From NCBI GenBank assembly GCA_036244935.1, contig BTTC01000001.1, positions 1-27,902 on the forward strand: a DNA stretch of 27,902 nt, given 5' to 3'. The notes under the pieces were generated by a model. That model ran no database searches. It was not told the origin of the DNA and saw only the letters and a list, made by a program, of their open reading frames with translations. The position numbers and the translations under genes are program-made. Positions 26,556 through 27,902 of the stretch are shown here, one piece after another. Position 1 is the stretch's first letter; each line of letters opens with the position of its first letter. Source of the DNA: a bacterium (GTDB lineage Bacteria > Nitrospinota_A > UBA7883 > JACRGQ01).

Positions 26556-26774
26556 GTATTTAAATATCATTAGTATTGCTACTGCCCATATAAAAATTTT
26601 TATTGCTTGAAAACCCAATTATGAATGGCTTTTTTTTTTGAAAGGTCGTATGTTGTGGTATCCGGCCGGGTGAGGAGCCTGCCGCGTAGGGGAAAAAGAA
26701 GAAATTTTTTCTTCACTTCCAGTTGGGAAATACTGTTTTTTAAGTAACAATCCTTATTAAGGGAGGAACATTTC

Positions 26775-27221
26775 ATGCCTAGTTTCGTTATCGCAGACAA
26801 ATGTGACGGATGTAAAGGGCAGGACAAGACCGCCTGCATGTACATCTGCCCGCACGACCTCATGCTGCTCGACAAAGAGCGTATGAAGGCCTTCAACCAA
26901 GAACCTGAACAATGCTGGGAGTGCTATAACTGCGTTAAGATATGCCCTCAGCAGGCTATCGAAGTAAGGGGCTACGCCGACTTCGTGCCTCTTGGCGCGT
27001 CGGTTATTCCGCTTCGCGGCAGCGACTCCATAATGTGGACGGTCAAGTTCAGGAACGGGAAAATAAAAAGGTTCAAGTTCCCGATCAGAACCACCGTGGA
27101 GGGTTCGGTTGATCCTTATAAGGATCTTCCCGAAGCGGATATCGCGAACATCAAAACAAACGAGTTATTCACCGAGGCTGGCAAGGGACTGCCCACGCCC
27201 AATGAAATGCAGCCGGCTTAA
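26775..27221 (+). CDS. aprB: Adenylylsulfate (APS) reductase beta subunit
   Basis: CDGCKGQDKTACMYICP and CWECYNCVKICP 4Fe-4S motifs, RGYADFVP, and IKRFKFPIRT; strong SD GGGAGG. Confidence 0.97.
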   Translation: MPSFVIADKCDGCKGQDKTACMYICPHDLMLLDKERMKAFNQEPEQCWECYNCVKICPQQAIEVRGYADFVPLGASVIPLRGSDSIMWTVKFRNGKIKRFKFPIRTTVEGSVDPYKDLPEADIANIKTNELFTEAGKGLPTPNEMQPA

Positions 27222-27236
27222 GGGGGAGATAAAATA

Positions 27237-27902
27237 ATGGCAGAATTCAAAACTATTAAAAAACCTGAAATTGTAGAAGTCGATACCGATATTCTTCTTA
27301 TCGGCGGCGGTATGTCCGCCTGCGGCGCGGCATACGAAGCATGTCACTGGGCCAAAGGACAGGATATCAAGATTACCATGATAGACAAGGCCGCAGCCGA
27401 ACGAAGCGGCGCCGTGGCCATGGGCCTTTCCGCGATTAACACCTACCTTGGTGAAAACTCCGCTGACGATTACGTACGCTATGTTCGTACCGACCTGATG
27501 GGGATAATCCGGGAAGACCTCGTTTACGACCTGGGAAGGCACGTGGATGACAGCGTTCACCTGTTCGAGGACTGGGGACTGCCGGTATGGAAGACCGACG
27601 ACGAAGGAAAGGGACACGACGGCTCGTACAAGGGTACGTCTCTAAGAGACGGCGGCAAGCCGGTTCGCTCCGGCCGCTGGCAAATCATGATTAACGGAGA
27701 ATCGTACAAGGTTCTGGTTGCGGAGGCCGCCAAGAAAGCTCTCGAGCTGAACAGGGTAGAGACCAAAGTAGATCAAAACCTCTTCGAGCGCGTATTCATC
27801 GTTGAACTTCTGCTGGACGCCAACGATAAAAACAGGATCGCCGGCGCGGTGGGCTTCAGCGTGCGTGAGAACAAAGTGTATATCTTCCGCGCGAACGCGG
27901 TA
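27237..27902 (+). CDS. aprA: Adenylylsulfate (APS) reductase alpha subunit, 5' part (runs off the window; not in ORF track)
   Basis: Manual translation MAEFKTIKKPEIVEVDTDILLIGGGMSACGAAYEA...ERSGAVAMGLSAINTY...DLMGIIREDLVYDLGRHVDDSVHLFEDWGLP...GRWQIMINGESYK; open to the window end. Confidence 0.96.
   Translation, partial: MAEFKTIKKPEIVEVDTDILLIGGGMSACGAAYEACHWAKGQDIKITMIDKAAAERSGAVAMGLSAINTYLGENSADDYVRYVRTDLMGIIREDLVYDLGRHVDDSVHLFEDWGLPVWKTDDEGKGHDGSYKGTSLRDGGKPVRSGRWQIMINGESYKVLVAEAAKKALELNRVETKVDQNLFERVFIVELLLDANDKNRIAGAVGFSVRENKVYIFRANAV

Noticed and set aside
26626-26641. Sigma-54 promoter or phase-variable T10 tract upstream of aprB
   Set aside because: TGGC is followed by TTGA with wrong spacing and no -12 GC; a T10 run in AT-rich intergenic DNA is not evidence by itself.

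Overview
Chromosomal segment of a diderm (Gram-negative) bacterium, roughly 50-55% GC by eye, with dissimilatory sulfur metabolism (aprBA). The exact taxon cannot be fixed from sequence alone; PilT, Pgk and AprBA style would fit a Nitrospinota/Nitrospirota/Desulfobacterota-like organism (inference). Gene order: RRM RNA-binding protein(-), lnt(-), rodZ-like, aroE, pilT, a hypothetical lipoprotein(-), pepA, then a compact type IV pilus/T2SS-like operon behind a candidate sigma-54 promoter (fused PilM-PilN, PilO-like, PilP-like, lipoprotein-anchored PilQ secretin). This is followed by a membrane protein, a TPR-like protein, an O-antigen-ligase/O-OTase-family protein and a WecA/TagO-family initiator, then pgk(-), gap(-), comEC, purD, an AT-rich 4-ORF accessory cassette(-), an IS3 remnant, aprB and the 5' part of aprA. 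The most unusual signal is intergenic: several small non-autonomous repeat families inserted into one another. These are (i) a ~101-bp TA/TATA-bounded unit (3 loci), (ii) a 326-360-bp MITE with 19-bp GGnnnTG-type terminal inverted repeats and 8-bp target duplication (2 full copies, 1 partial), and (iii) REP-like X-TGAGCYYGYCGAA-X' hairpins nested up to three deep. One MITE copy appears to have split the signal-peptide region of the lipoprotein gene, and its terminal repeat now carries an in-frame ATG that rebuilds the signal peptide. No transposase for these elements, tRNA, rRNA or CRISPR array was seen.
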